In this document: one piece after another, positions 1-10,463 of the stretch
Position numbering within the stretch: the first letter of the stretch is position 1
How the letters are laid out: the number at the start of each line of letters is the position of its first letter
IMG/VR virus record: IMGVR_UViG_3300013132_006127
DNA: 64,000 nt
Reading direction: 5' to 3' (one strand)
Source of the DNA: a virus
Made by a program: the position numbers and the translations under genes
Notes under the pieces: model-generated
Database searches by the model: none
What the model was told of the DNA's origin: nothing
What the model saw: the letters and a program-made list of their open reading frames with translations, nothing else

Positions 1-1224
1 TTAATATATTTTGTACAAGTATTAAATCCAGATAATATTAGCGACTCAACAGGGTACGGATCTGTTCCATACGAATACCAAATAGCCCAGTATGCTGTAA
101 CTAATTGTGAATATGCTTCATTCTTAAATGCTATAGCATCAACAGATACTTACGGTGTTTATGATATTCTCTTAAGAAATAATATTAGAGGAGGTATTAT
201 AAGAAATGGAGATAGTGGAAACTATACATATAGTATAAAAAACAACATGGAAAATAAACCAGTAGTATTTATTACTTGGTTTAATGCTGCCAGATATTGC
301 AATTGGCTTCATAATGGCAAGCCTTTGGGATCACAAAATGCTAATACAACAGAAGACGGAGCTTATGCTCTTAATGGAGCTGTGGATGGTGTAGCTGTAG
401 CTAAAAATTTGAATGCAAAATATCATATTCCTACCGAAAACGAATGGTATAAGGCAGCGTATTTTGATGGAAATAGTTATTGGGATTATGCAACCCAAAG
501 CAATTCAGAACCAGAATGTATTAATGCTAGTAATACCGGCGATGGACTATCGGATTCTACATACTACGACTGCGCCCTTTCTGTACCAACCCCTACTCCT
601 ACGCCTACTCCTAGCCCAACACCAATACCATGTGATAGAAAAATTATTAAGTTGTATTTACCTGGAACTCTTATAGAGCCGGGTGGTATTAGAGCGACAA
701 ATATAAAACTAAAACTTAAAGGAGATGATCCAAAATGCTGCGGTGAATCAAATGAGGTAAATGTACCAATTCCTCCAGTACCTCCTCCTAATCCAACTAG
801 TCCACCAGAGAAGTGTATTAGTGATGGACTGGACTTGTATGGATATACCGCTATAGTGTCTTATGATCCAGAAAAATGTTCGGCAGGCCATGTGTGTAAT
901 CGTGCTATATTTGATTTTTATCTAGATAATTATTATATAGGGCAGGCCAATCTTAATAATTTAAATACAGACGGAGGCTCGCAGGGTGGGTATAGAGAAA
1001 GCGTTTTTACAATTAATGAACATATAATTGTAGGTAATAGCACAACATTTGAAATAAGATGCGCTCTTAGTAATTGCCATAAAGGTATAGGTAGATTAAC
1101 TATTATAAATGGTGATAATGAAGTAGTCTTTGCTGCTTGTATGCCGAACGATGTGGTGTTATTAGGAGAGAATTATATTTGTCCAACACCAACACCTTCG
1201 AATACTCCAACCAATGGATCTTAA
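1..1224 (+). CDS. 5'-truncated putative virion protein: FGE/SUMF1-type (C-type lectin fold) domain, Pro/Thr linkers and a Cys-rich beta domain
   Basis: The frame is open from base 1 (LIYFVQVLNPDNISDSTGYGSVPYEYQIAQYAVTNCEYASFLN...), so the ATG at 247 is internal. FGE-family motifs: GYGSVxYEYxI, KPVxxITWFNAARYCNWLHNG, PTENEWYKAAY. PTPTPT linkers follow. Confidence 0.8.
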   Translation, partial: LIYFVQVLNPDNISDSTGYGSVPYEYQIAQYAVTNCEYASFLNAIASTDTYGVYDILLRNNIRGGIIRNGDSGNYTYSIKNNMENKPVVFITWFNAARYCNWLHNGKPLGSQNANTTEDGAYALNGAVDGVAVAKNLNAKYHIPTENEWYKAAYFDGNSYWDYATQSNSEPECINASNTGDGLSDSTYYDCALSVPTPTPTPTPSPTPIPCDRKIIKLYLPGTLIEPGGIRATNIKLKLKGDDPKCCGESNEVNVPIPPVPPPNPTSPPEKCISDGLDLYGYTAIVSYDPEKCSAGHVCNRAIFDFYLDNYYIGQANLNNLNTDGGSQGGYRESVFTINEHIIVGNSTTFEIRCALSNCHKGIGRLTIINGDNEVVFAACMPNDVVLLGENYICPTPTPSNTPTNGS

Positions 1225-1226
1225 TT

Positions 1227-2564
1227 ATGATTTTAATTCCGACTAATAATAAAAATTGTATAATATTACAACCAGAGCCTAAACCATCGCCAACAGCTAC
1301 TCCTACGATTACTCGTACTGGTACTAAAACGCCTACACCTACCCCTACTCTAACAGCTCAACCAACTTCTACTCCAACAAAAACCCCTACCTCTACTACT
1401 ACCAACACAAAAACTTCGTCTCAAACCCCAACTACCACAAACACTAGAACAGCAACACACACCCCGTCAAAAACAGCAACAAATACTCCGACTACCACTA
1501 CTAGTATAACACCGACACCAAGTATAACCTCAACCACTACCACAACGGCGACTATTAGTAATACTCCTACAAAAACAGGAAGACCCACGCCAACCCCAAC
1601 CACAACATCTACTTTATCACCAACCCCAACAACTACAAATACCACCACGGCCACACACACCCCCACCTCCTCTGTAACTCCATCAACTTCTCCAACTCCT
1701 ACACCAACAACTACATTCGTTAACTGTGCTGAACCAGTATGTATCAACGAAGAAGCTATTACCTATGGAACTATTGGCCCAGGGGATTGTTCTCAGCCTA
1801 TAGAATATGGAACAAAAATTATTAATATACCAGAAGGAATGACACTTCCTGTATATGTTACCATGACAGGATTCGCTGATGATGTGTTGATGATTAATGG
1901 TCAAGTTGTTGATGCTGGACAAACAACTGATTATTTTGGTGGTTGTGCTGTAGGAGCTGGTAATTATAGTTTCGTTCTCTATGATCTTTCTTTTACTATA
2001 GGATCAGGAGATACCATTACCGGTAATAGCGGATATTCGTACAATATTTGTTTTTCTCAATGCATACCAGAAACTTCTCCAACACCAACTGCTACCAACA
2101 CACTTACTCCAACACCAACACTAACTCCTACGACAACTACCACACTTACTACAACACAAACTCCAACGACCACAACAACATCATCAGAAACACCAACACC
2201 CACTAAGAGCGCTACCCCTACTACCACGGCTAGCCTCACTGCAACTCCAACTGTTACTCCAACAATGACACCCACATCTCCAGTTGCACCAGGACCTGTT
2301 ACTATTTTAGCGGCTAATTCTGGACCAGAAACAGGAGAGATATTAATAACTTGGGCCGAACCAGATAATGGAGGATCGCCAATACTTCAGTATTCTATAG
2401 CTTATCAAAGACCCGGATCGTTATCGGTTAGAGCTGTATCTGGTTCGCTAACCTCTTTTACTTTAAGTAATTTACTGGAAGGTTATGAGTATACATTAAA
2501 CATAAGCGCTACAAATGCCGTTGGTACTGGTCCTTACGGACCATCTATAATAGTTATATTATAA
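1227..2564 (+). CDS. Thr/Pro-rich mucin-like protein with a central Cys-containing beta domain and a C-terminal fibronectin type III domain
   Basis: An in-frame ATG at 1227, just after the upstream stop at 1224, is preferred to 1137. Two long T/P tracts. FN3 signature PGP...ITWAEPDNGGSPILQY...LSNL..G.EY...SATNAVGTGP. Confidence 0.8.
   Translation: MILIPTNNKNCIILQPEPKPSPTATPTITRTGTKTPTPTPTLTAQPTSTPTKTPTSTTTNTKTSSQTPTTTNTRTATHTPSKTATNTPTTTTSITPTPSITSTTTTTATISNTPTKTGRPTPTPTTTSTLSPTPTTTNTTTATHTPTSSVTPSTSPTPTPTTTFVNCAEPVCINEEAITYGTIGPGDCSQPIEYGTKIINIPEGMTLPVYVTMTGFADDVLMINGQVVDAGQTTDYFGGCAVGAGNYSFVLYDLSFTIGSGDTITGNSGYSYNICFSQCIPETSPTPTATNTLTPTPTLTPTTTTTLTTTQTPTTTTTSSETPTPTKSATPTTTASLTATPTVTPTMTPTSPVAPGPVTILAANSGPETGEILITWAEPDNGGSPILQYSIAYQRPGSLSVRAVSGSLTSFTLSNLLEGYEYTLNISATNAVGTGPYGPSIIVIL
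1272..2282 (+). repeat. Low-complexity Thr/Pro-coding tracts (about 1272-1715 and 2070-2282)
   Basis: Runs of ACN/CCN codons encoding TPTPTTT..., with synonymous variation rather than perfect DNA tandem repeats. Confidence 0.9.
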
Positions 2565-2585
2565 AATTAAATAAAGAAAGAAACC

Positions 2586-3359
2586 ATGATCAATTTACTC
2601 AACAATAGCAGTCAGCCGTATCTATTTACTCATATAAATAATGATATTTGTATGCTATATTGTTTTTGCGAGCATCCTATCACCAGAAGTTTTGGTTCCA
2701 GTTCGTATTCTTTTAGACCTTGGAAAATTAAATATATCAATTTATCAAGCTCGGAGCCTTCACAAATAAATACTCCTAATTATCATCCTAATTTTGGCAC
2801 TGTTGTTATAGAGTGTAACCCTCATCTGAGTGTGGATAGTAATGGAAGCGGTAAAATTTATTATACCGCCGGATTCACAACAAGCGAAACATCCCATATT
2901 AAATACTATATTTGTTCGATGAATATACAAAATTTTGATTTTGGCAATTTATTAGATTTTCAAGTGCTATATCCTGCTTTTACAGGTATTAGAATAAGTG
3001 AAAATGAATTCGTTTACGCTAATAAAAAAGACTATATGCCAAAAGATAAATTAGTAAAAATAAACATTATAAATAATGAAACATTGGTATATGATATTGT
3101 TTTTGATGAAATATTGCGATTAGTTACTATATATGGTAGCGACCAGTTAATAGTTACAGGTAGAAACGGCAGCTTATATCAGTCTTATTTATTAAACAAT
3201 AATTTTACTATAAATAGTACAATTACTAACAATAATAATGAAGATATTTATAAGTGCAGTTTATTGAGTACAAATAATCAAAATTTGTTAGCATACACTC
3301 TGATGCAAACAAACGGATCCGAAGACAGATCGATTGTGATTGAAAATAGATCAATATAA
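2586..3359 (+). CDS. Hypothetical protein (beta-rich, Asn-rich)
   Basis: 257-aa ORF packed within the + strand module; no recognised motif. Confidence 0.7.
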   Translation: MINLLNNSSQPYLFTHINNDICMLYCFCEHPITRSFGSSSYSFRPWKIKYINLSSSEPSQINTPNYHPNFGTVVIECNPHLSVDSNGSGKIYYTAGFTTSETSHIKYYICSMNIQNFDFGNLLDFQVLYPAFTGIRISENEFVYANKKDYMPKDKLVKINIINNETLVYDIVFDEILRLVTIYGSDQLIVTGRNGSLYQSYLLNNNFTINSTITNNNNEDIYKCSLLSTNNQNLLAYTLMQTNGSEDRSIVIENRSI

Positions 3360-3429
3360 AACGTTATATACGTTATGATACTATCGGTGTATATTAATAA
3401 ATATGGATAATCTATAATAAGGCCAAAAC

Positions 3430-6400
3430 ATGCAAGAAATAGTTGTAGATAATTGTCAATGTCCAGCCGAAGTTACTCTAGGAATAGAAATTATTAATTT
3501 AACTCCCGGAGTTAAATATACATATACATTAAAAGCACTAAATAATCAATTAATTTCTTTTAGGCCAGAATCTGATGAATTTGTAGCAGAATCTAGTGTT
3601 TATAGATTTAATACCATAGCTTTTATACAAGAAGCCCCTGTTAGTGGTCTGTCTTACATTATAGCTGTAGAAGTATTTGATCCTTTTTATAACAAAGTTA
3701 GACAGGACACACTCTGCTTAAAAGTCTGTTCTTCTGTGCCTTTGTGTTCTCCTACTCCAACAGTTACTCCGAGTACTACCCCGTCTTATGATAGTAGTAT
3801 ACTTCTTTCGAATTATGGTGTTGTTGGAGATTTAGATAACAGTGCTGATTCAGATACCGGTAAAGGTCAAGTTAATTATTTTTATGCGCTTAGTAAAAGT
3901 CCTATTACTGTTAATCAATGGATAGAATTTCTAAATTCTGTAGCTTTTTATGATGATCCTCATGGGTTATGGAAAGAAGAGTGGGCGACGAATGATGTAG
4001 TTATTGTGCAAAAGTTTAATGGTGCTGAGTACTGTTACTCTCTTGCTTCTTGCTCCGATCCCAATAGTGCAGATGGCGGATGTTTACCCGAGGACGATCT
4101 ATTGGCTGGTAATTATGCTGTTACAGGACTAACATGGCAAGATACTGTTAGATATTGTAACTGGTTACATAATGGTAAACCAAAAGATTATCCTGGAGTT
4201 GGAGTCACAGAAACAGGTGCATATAACATATATTTAAAAACTAATGTTATAGAAAAAACTGAAAATGCAAAGTTTTGGCTTCCCACCGAAAACGAACTAT
4301 ACAAAGCAGCATATTATGAAAATTCCACAAAACAATATTACCAGTATGCAACCATATCTGACAATCCTCCCGGTCTTTCGTGTCTAGATTCTTCTAGGGT
4401 TTTGGATTTATTGTTAACAGAATTAGAATATAACGAATTAAAAGATCAATACAATTTTAGTACTCCTGTAAACGTTAATGCTGATTTGATGTATAAGCTT
4501 AGAGACTACGTTGAGAGAAGATTGGGTAGAACCTACGACGATTTTGATGAGGTATTTTCTGACGGTAAATACATCTTTAGACTTAGAAATGATTATTTCA
4601 TACTATTTACATCTGGAGATAATCCAACCCTATTACAAATAGATGGTAATAAGTCTATAACCAATGATGCTACATTACAAAATGTATATTGGGGTAATAT
4701 CAAAAATAGTCTAAAATCATACGTAGCTTGTGACACTAGGCCAAAAGCATATTCTCCCTATGGGTTATATCATTTAGCTGGCAATATACAAGAACTTACA
4801 GATACAAATACGGATAATAGTAAAACAGCTAAGGTTTTGTTTGGGTCTTCTTTTCAAACTCCGGTTAGCGAGTATAAAAAACTATCTAAACTATATAGTG
4901 ATAGTATACCATATACTTCTGGAGCTACAGATACCGGATTCCGTATTGGGGTTAATATCTATTCTCTGGTTAGATATCCATTGAGAGTATATTGTGTTGG
5001 AGGAGCAGCGTCATTAGAAAATGAAAACGGACAATCTAAAACACTATTCCCGGGTAAAGATAATCTAGGAGGTGTTCCATTTTTAGTTGGAGAGCTTAGT
5101 TATCCTAATTTATCGATTAATTATAGCTATGAGGATGATATAGAAACATTTAAAGATAATAATCCTGGTTATAATAATCTAAAGTATGCTAGTTTAGAAT
5201 TAGTAATGCTTGATAGTAACAATCAAGTTGTAGCTTATGTTACTACCAATAATAATGGTTTTGCGAGCCCTTGTGTAGTTGCTTGTGGATATTCTATAGG
5301 TTTATCATTTGGTTACTTACCGAGATTAAGAGGAAAAATTATTCCATCAACATGGATTATTGGTAATTCTGTATCTTGGTCATCTAGTATTTTTAGGAAT
5401 ATTCAACCATACTCTGTTGTAGAGCAGCAGTCTTTGGTTGCTCCTACTCCGACACCAACACCATCTATAACTAGTACTACTACTCAAACCCCAACTACAA
5501 CGGTCACTCTAACAAAAACTCCTACATCTACTCCAACAAGAACACCTAGGTCTACCAATACTCCCACAACAACACTGACTTTATCTGCAACTCCCACCAA
5601 AACAAAAACACCCACAAAGACATCAACACCAACAACAACTAAGACAGTAACGCCAACACAAACACCTACAACTACCACAACATTAACCAAGACGCCTACT
5701 CCCACAACCACAGAAACCGTTACAAGAACGCCAACCACAACCACAACCCTAACCTCTACACAAACACAAACTCCGACCAACACTCAAACACCAACAGTAA
5801 CACCAACGCACACCCCAACACAAACATCTACAAATACTCCGACACCTAGCGTAACGCCAACAATGGCTGGAATAAAATCAAATGTTTATGTTTGGGGATA
5901 TAACGGAGATAACCAGTTAAGTTTTGTAGATAATCTAAAATTCGTATTACCTATGGATCTAGAAAAAGATACCTCTGGTAAGTTTTTGAATTATGATAAT
6001 GTAATTAGATATACAAAAAATGGAAATGGACAATCTATTTATTTTGATTATGTTTCTACTGGTACAAATTTTAGTGCTGGCATAGACTCATTAGGTAAAA
6101 TTCATTCTGTTGGTAATAACGCTTGGGGCCAATTAGGTCTAGGTAACTATATTGGCAAGAAAAACTTTACTCCTGTGGTTATGCCCTCTGGATACGAATC
6201 AACAATCTTTAAGGAAATTAGTCTAGGTTCGTCTCACACACTAGCTTTAGACACATCAGGAAAGGTATGGTCTTGGGGTAGAAATTCTGATGGACAATTA
6301 GGACAGCACTACTTACTGAGACCTATATCCAGTATAACTCAAATCAGTCAAGATCTACAAACTTACGAATTAAAAGTATATGGTAATTGTATTAATGAAT

Positions 6401-8514
6401 ATATAGTACAAGATAATCTAGAAATAGAATATTATAATGGTATAGCAAATATTAAAGTTTATGCAAAACTATATGGTGAGCCGTCCTTAGAAGATGAAGA
6501 TGAACCGAATGTTAAGACTGTATTGAATGTGAGACTATTAGAAACAGATAATCCTGATATCTTAGATATAGATACTTTTGATCTGACTCAAGATATAAAT
6601 ACTACAGTGGTATCAACTGTTGTATCAGTTACTAGATTAAATACTGATCCGGGATTATTAGCTTCAGCATTCCCAAGACTTATAAATGTATATAAGGAGT
6701 ATCGCTATTGCCTATACAATAAACAGCTTTTCAACACTACACCAACACCTACTACAACCCAAACCTATACTGCTACAACAACAAATACCCTGTCGTCTAC
6801 TCCAACACCAACAACTACTACTACTTTAACCAGTACTCCGACAACATCTTTAACAGAATCTCCAACACCAACAACCACAAGTACTGGAACTCTACCCCCA
6901 GATACCACAAAAACACCGACACCAACTAATACTCCAACTAGAACTCAAACAGGAACTAGAACTCCTACTCCTAGCGTAACTAGAACCAATGATCCTACTG
7001 GCACACCAACACAAACTGTAACTTCAACACCAACACTATCTGGAACAAATACTCCTACTCCTAGTGTTACTCCTACTAAGGAAGCTTTTAATGTTTTATG
7101 GTTAGCTGGAGATATAACAGATGTTATTAATAATGACAACAAACATTTATGTGAAGTTAATGCTTTAGGCGCTCATAGTTATCCTTATCTATACAGAAGA
7201 TTAAAAGTTTTAAGTATAGTTTACGATGCCAATAAAGATGCGACAAAGATTACCATAGATCATGAAAATATTAAGAGTTCTAGCGATCCTATGGTTAATG
7301 ATATCAAGTTTGTTAGCGTTATACCTTTTGTTAATAGTTATGATGATAGTGACTATTCATATCGTTATCAATCGTTTAAACATGTATATGCTAGTGAAGC
7401 TCACTCGTATGCTTTAGATACAGACGATAGACTTTACGCTTGTGGTAGTGGTAAATTTGGTCAGTTAGGTCTAGGTAAAGTACAAGATGTAGACGCTTCC
7501 GGCAACCCAATACTGCCACCAATCATCACTCTTGCACCACGTTTCTTAATGATGAACATGCCCTATGTTGATAAAATTGATTGTAGAGCATTTGCATGGA
7601 AAAAGATATCTCTAGGCAGATTCCATGCAGCAGGCTTAGACAATTTTGGTAGAATATGGTGCTGGGGCCTTAATCAAGAGCAACAAGCCGGTCTAGCGAA
7701 TAATGCCGCAAACACTTTATCTGGTAAAATTTTAACACTAAATGTCACAGCTGACCCATATCCTGTTATTACAGATTTCTTAAAAGCAGATCTAAATATT
7801 AGAACAGGAAGATTTTCTTATGCCCCATTGCCTGTAATGTTATATCGTATATCTGACAATACTTCTAGCTCTTTATTGTTCGAACAAGATTTATGGATTG
7901 ACGTATCTTGTGGAGCGTATCATACATTGGCTATTAAGAAAGAATTCCAAGATAATAGCAATTATGGTTCTTTATGGGGTTGGGGTAACAATCAGTACGC
8001 CCAAGTAGCACCAATCTCTGGAGGAACAAGGGTTATTACTGGTCCAACAGATGCTATTGTTCAAGAGATACTTCTAGTAAGACAAGACAACACCAGAAAC
8101 TATTGGTCTAGAGTATTCGGAGGAAGAGTGAATTCCTTTGCTATACAATCATTAGATAATAGATTATATTCTTGGGGAAGTTTAGAATACGGACAAACAG
8201 GTAATGCTAGAAAGAGCGCCGGTGGTCAGCCTACTCTTAGTATACCAACGGCTATCATTAATGATAACTGGGGAGATACCAGCTCAATATACTATAGTTC
8301 TGATGTGTCGGATGTGTCGTTATTTGGTATGAGTGCCATATCTAATCATTCGTTATTCATCCCCATCCCGAGATCTGTTCAACCAGAACCAACATCTACC
8401 ACAACATCAACACCAGGATTCACTCAATCTATAACTCCTTCTCAAACCGTAACTTCCACACCGTCCACAACACCAACGCTAACATCAACACCAACGCCAA
8501 CTGAGTCTGAATGA
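3430..8514 (+). CDS. Large multidomain putative tail-fibre/adhesin: FGE-type domain, Thr/Pro linkers and a 7-repeat RCC1 beta-propeller
   Basis: FGE motifs RYCNWLHNG, LPTENELYKAAYY, SPYGLYHLAGNIQE and DTGFRI. Seven RCC1 repeats, e.g. GKVWSWGRNSDGQLG, ISLGSSHTLALD, VSCGAYHTLAI. T/P tracts at about 5440-5865, 6735-7080 and 8380-8510. Confidence 0.8.
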   Translation: MQEIVVDNCQCPAEVTLGIEIINLTPGVKYTYTLKALNNQLISFRPESDEFVAESSVYRFNTIAFIQEAPVSGLSYIIAVEVFDPFYNKVRQDTLCLKVCSSVPLCSPTPTVTPSTTPSYDSSILLSNYGVVGDLDNSADSDTGKGQVNYFYALSKSPITVNQWIEFLNSVAFYDDPHGLWKEEWATNDVVIVQKFNGAEYCYSLASCSDPNSADGGCLPEDDLLAGNYAVTGLTWQDTVRYCNWLHNGKPKDYPGVGVTETGAYNIYLKTNVIEKTENAKFWLPTENELYKAAYYENSTKQYYQYATISDNPPGLSCLDSSRVLDLLLTELEYNELKDQYNFSTPVNVNADLMYKLRDYVERRLGRTYDDFDEVFSDGKYIFRLRNDYFILFTSGDNPTLLQIDGNKSITNDATLQNVYWGNIKNSLKSYVACDTRPKAYSPYGLYHLAGNIQELTDTNTDNSKTAKVLFGSSFQTPVSEYKKLSKLYSDSIPYTSGATDTGFRIGVNIYSLVRYPLRVYCVGGAASLENENGQSKTLFPGKDNLGGVPFLVGELSYPNLSINYSYEDDIETFKDNNPGYNNLKYASLELVMLDSNNQVVAYVTTNNNGFASPCVVACGYSIGLSFGYLPRLRGKIIPSTWIIGNSVSWSSSIFRNIQPYSVVEQQSLVAPTPTPTPSITSTTTQTPTTTVTLTKTPTSTPTRTPRSTNTPTTTLTLSATPTKTKTPTKTSTPTTTKTVTPTQTPTTTTTLTKTPTPTTTETVTRTPTTTTTLTSTQTQTPTNTQTPTVTPTHTPTQTSTNTPTPSVTPTMAGIKSNVYVWGYNGDNQLSFVDNLKFVLPMDLEKDTSGKFLNYDNVIRYTKNGNGQSIYFDYVSTGTNFSAGIDSLGKIHSVGNNAWGQLGLGNYIGKKNFTPVVMPSGYESTIFKEISLGSSHTLALDTSGKVWSWGRNSDGQLGQHYLLRPISSITQISQDLQTYELKVYGNCINEYIVQDNLEIEYYNGIANIKVYAKLYGEPSLEDEDEPNVKTVLNVRLLETDNPDILDIDTFDLTQDINTTVVSTVVSVTRLNTDPGLLASAFPRLINVYKEYRYCLYNKQLFNTTPTPTTTQTYTATTTNTLSSTPTPTTTTTLTSTPTTSLTESPTPTTTSTGTLPPDTTKTPTPTNTPTRTQTGTRTPTPSVTRTNDPTGTPTQTVTSTPTLSGTNTPTPSVTPTKEAFNVLWLAGDITDVINNDNKHLCEVNALGAHSYPYLYRRLKVLSIVYDANKDATKITIDHENIKSSSDPMVNDIKFVSVIPFVNSYDDSDYSYRYQSFKHVYASEAHSYALDTDDRLYACGSGKFGQLGLGKVQDVDASGNPILPPIITLAPRFLMMNMPYVDKIDCRAFAWKKISLGRFHAAGLDNFGRIWCWGLNQEQQAGLANNAANTLSGKILTLNVTADPYPVITDFLKADLNIRTGRFSYAPLPVMLYRISDNTSSSLLFEQDLWIDVSCGAYHTLAIKKEFQDNSNYGSLWGWGNNQYAQVAPISGGTRVITGPTDAIVQEILLVRQDNTRNYWSRVFGGRVNSFAIQSLDNRLYSWGSLEYGQTGNARKSAGGQPTLSIPTAIINDNWGDTSSIYYSSDVSDVSLFGMSAISNHSLFIPIPRSVQPEPTSTTTSTPGFTQSITPSQTVTSTPSTTPTLTSTPTPTESE
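5440..7080 (+). repeat. Two Thr/Pro mucin-like tracts (about 5440-5865 and 6735-7080), both ending NTPTPSVTPT
   Basis: Read directly from the translation. Confidence 0.9.
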
Positions 8515-8539
8515 ACATCGGAATAGGAAATAGGAAATT

Positions 8540-10441
8540 ATGGCCGTTAAGATACTTTTTAAAAATCAAGATCTAAATTATTTCGGTCCAACGCCACTGG
8601 TATCTATCAATTCCGGTACCGGAGAGAATAATAGCGTTATTAATACTATCACTTTAGAAGGTAAGATTTTTTTACCAAGAGTTGGTCAAAACGATACCAC
8701 AATAGGTATTAGTGTTTTAATACCCTTAGAAAATCAATTACGTACTTTATTTCAGCCAAATACTGGTGGACAATTAAAAATACAGTGCGATAATACAGAT
8801 CTTAAATTTTTAAGTTGTGATAATCAGCCTGTAGTTTGTAATGTTAAAAGTTACAATGCTAATAAAACAAGTGATAATTGGACTTTTAGTATAGATTATA
8901 GCGTAGAATTAGAATACATCAATACTCATGCCGACATAGGAAATCCTTGTCCAAATATTCCTATTAGAAGCTATTCTGATTCTTGGGAAATTATTCCAGA
9001 ACAGGATGAGTCATGGTATAACTTACAAATATTACCAACTCAGAATGCTGATCAAATTATAACAGCAGGAAATGGAGTTAATCAAGCAGGAGTTAAAAAT
9101 AATGCTCTTAAATATACAATAACACATAGAATAGGTGCCGTTAGTTATAATGCTGCTACCGGGGTAAAACCAGCAGGAAACGCTCCAGACAATAGACCAT
9201 TATCTGCCGCTTGGATGAACGCTAAATCTTTTGTGCATTGTTATTTATCTAAAGGGTCTTTATCCTCCTCGTATCCTTTCGCAAATACTAATACTAATAA
9301 TATGGGTGTTTTAGAAAGAGATACAGCAGGAACGTCCTTCAATTTTTATAACCACATTAGATCATTTAATATAGACAAAACAAATGGATCGTATGAAATT
9401 ACAGACACTTGGTTAGCTCTTACCAAAGACGTATCCTACTTGGAGGATTACACTGTTGAATATGCTAGTGAAAGTCAGTTTGATAGCACCATGGCTAATC
9501 CACCATGCACTGTAACTATAAATGGTTCTGTTCAGGGACTATCAATAGCAACAACAGGATCATTGGACTCCAACCCTTTTTCTGTTACTCCTCCTTCTGG
9601 TACTGGCGTAACAACAGAAAATGCTAGAAAAATAGATGGCAGTGGTTTATTACCAAACAAAGTAATAGCTATTACTAAAGCAGAAACAGCATTGCACGGG
9701 TGGTACAATTATGTTGAACCAGCATTACACACTAGAGCAATTGCGTTAGCTTCTGTGTTACGATCAGAGAATCTTAATCAGGCTAATCAATCTACAATCA
9801 GAAATCCTAATGTTATAACGGTAAGAAATCAGAACAGACTACCAAATACTGCTACACAAACTGGTCTTAACTCTATTAATCCTAGCGGAGTATATCTAAA
9901 TCGTAATCCTGTTAGTAAAACTTTCGGTTTTAATCCTAAAACTGGTCAAATAACATATTCATATAGATACGCTAGTCAACCTAATAATTCTATGCAGCGT
10001 ATTACTAGATTATCTATTAATGATGATGTTCCATCGTCTGTAGTTAATGAAATTTTTATTCTAGGAAGAAAAAGAGGACCATTATTACAAGATACGGGAG
10101 CTAGTACCGGTAAGTCTAGAACTTTAAGTATTGAAATGCAAACTGATATTCCTAGAAGAATTGATCAGTTGAGTCCTTTATTCACAGGATGTCCTGCGCA
10201 TAGTGGACATCCAGATTATAAGAGATTATTAGATTATGTTGATTTGATGAGACCAATATTACCAGCCAATTGGACACCAACATTGGTTTCAGAAGCTTTA
10301 CAAGACCCGGCAAATAGAGGACAAGGGATAAGTATGCCACGAGGACAATTAAACGGAGAATTGTATATTACATCCGATACTGATAGTTGGGATCCTTTGA
10401 CTGGTAGATTAGGGAAAACTGTAACGTGGAAATGGGATTAA
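8540..10441 (+). CDS. Putative virion structural (tail/baseplate-region) protein
   Basis: 633-aa beta-strand-rich ORF with an AGGA SD, located among the large + strand genes. Function inferred from context only. Confidence 0.5.
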   Translation: MAVKILFKNQDLNYFGPTPLVSINSGTGENNSVINTITLEGKIFLPRVGQNDTTIGISVLIPLENQLRTLFQPNTGGQLKIQCDNTDLKFLSCDNQPVVCNVKSYNANKTSDNWTFSIDYSVELEYINTHADIGNPCPNIPIRSYSDSWEIIPEQDESWYNLQILPTQNADQIITAGNGVNQAGVKNNALKYTITHRIGAVSYNAATGVKPAGNAPDNRPLSAAWMNAKSFVHCYLSKGSLSSSYPFANTNTNNMGVLERDTAGTSFNFYNHIRSFNIDKTNGSYEITDTWLALTKDVSYLEDYTVEYASESQFDSTMANPPCTVTINGSVQGLSIATTGSLDSNPFSVTPPSGTGVTTENARKIDGSGLLPNKVIAITKAETALHGWYNYVEPALHTRAIALASVLRSENLNQANQSTIRNPNVITVRNQNRLPNTATQTGLNSINPSGVYLNRNPVSKTFGFNPKTGQITYSYRYASQPNNSMQRITRLSINDDVPSSVVNEIFILGRKRGPLLQDTGASTGKSRTLSIEMQTDIPRRIDQLSPLFTGCPAHSGHPDYKRLLDYVDLMRPILPANWTPTLVSEALQDPANRGQGISMPRGQLNGELYITSDTDSWDPLTGRLGKTVTWKWD

Positions 10442-10463
10442 TTTAAAACTATAAGGAAAAATT

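Noticed and set aside
1421-7142. Val/Gly-rich minus-strand ORFs (1421-1747, 2057-2275, 5484-5783, 6945-7142)
   Set aside because: They are antisense shadows of the Thr/Pro codon tracts.
1-8514. Diversity-generating retroelement targeting the FGE/C-lectin domains
   Set aside because: No reverse transcriptase and no TR/VR pair differing only at adenines was seen in the window. The domains are internal and the paralogues differ at all base types. A remote DGR elsewhere in the genome cannot be excluded.
8519-8539. ATAGGAA tandem duplication before the gene at 8540
   Set aside because: Only two short copies; explained as a duplicated ribosome-binding site.
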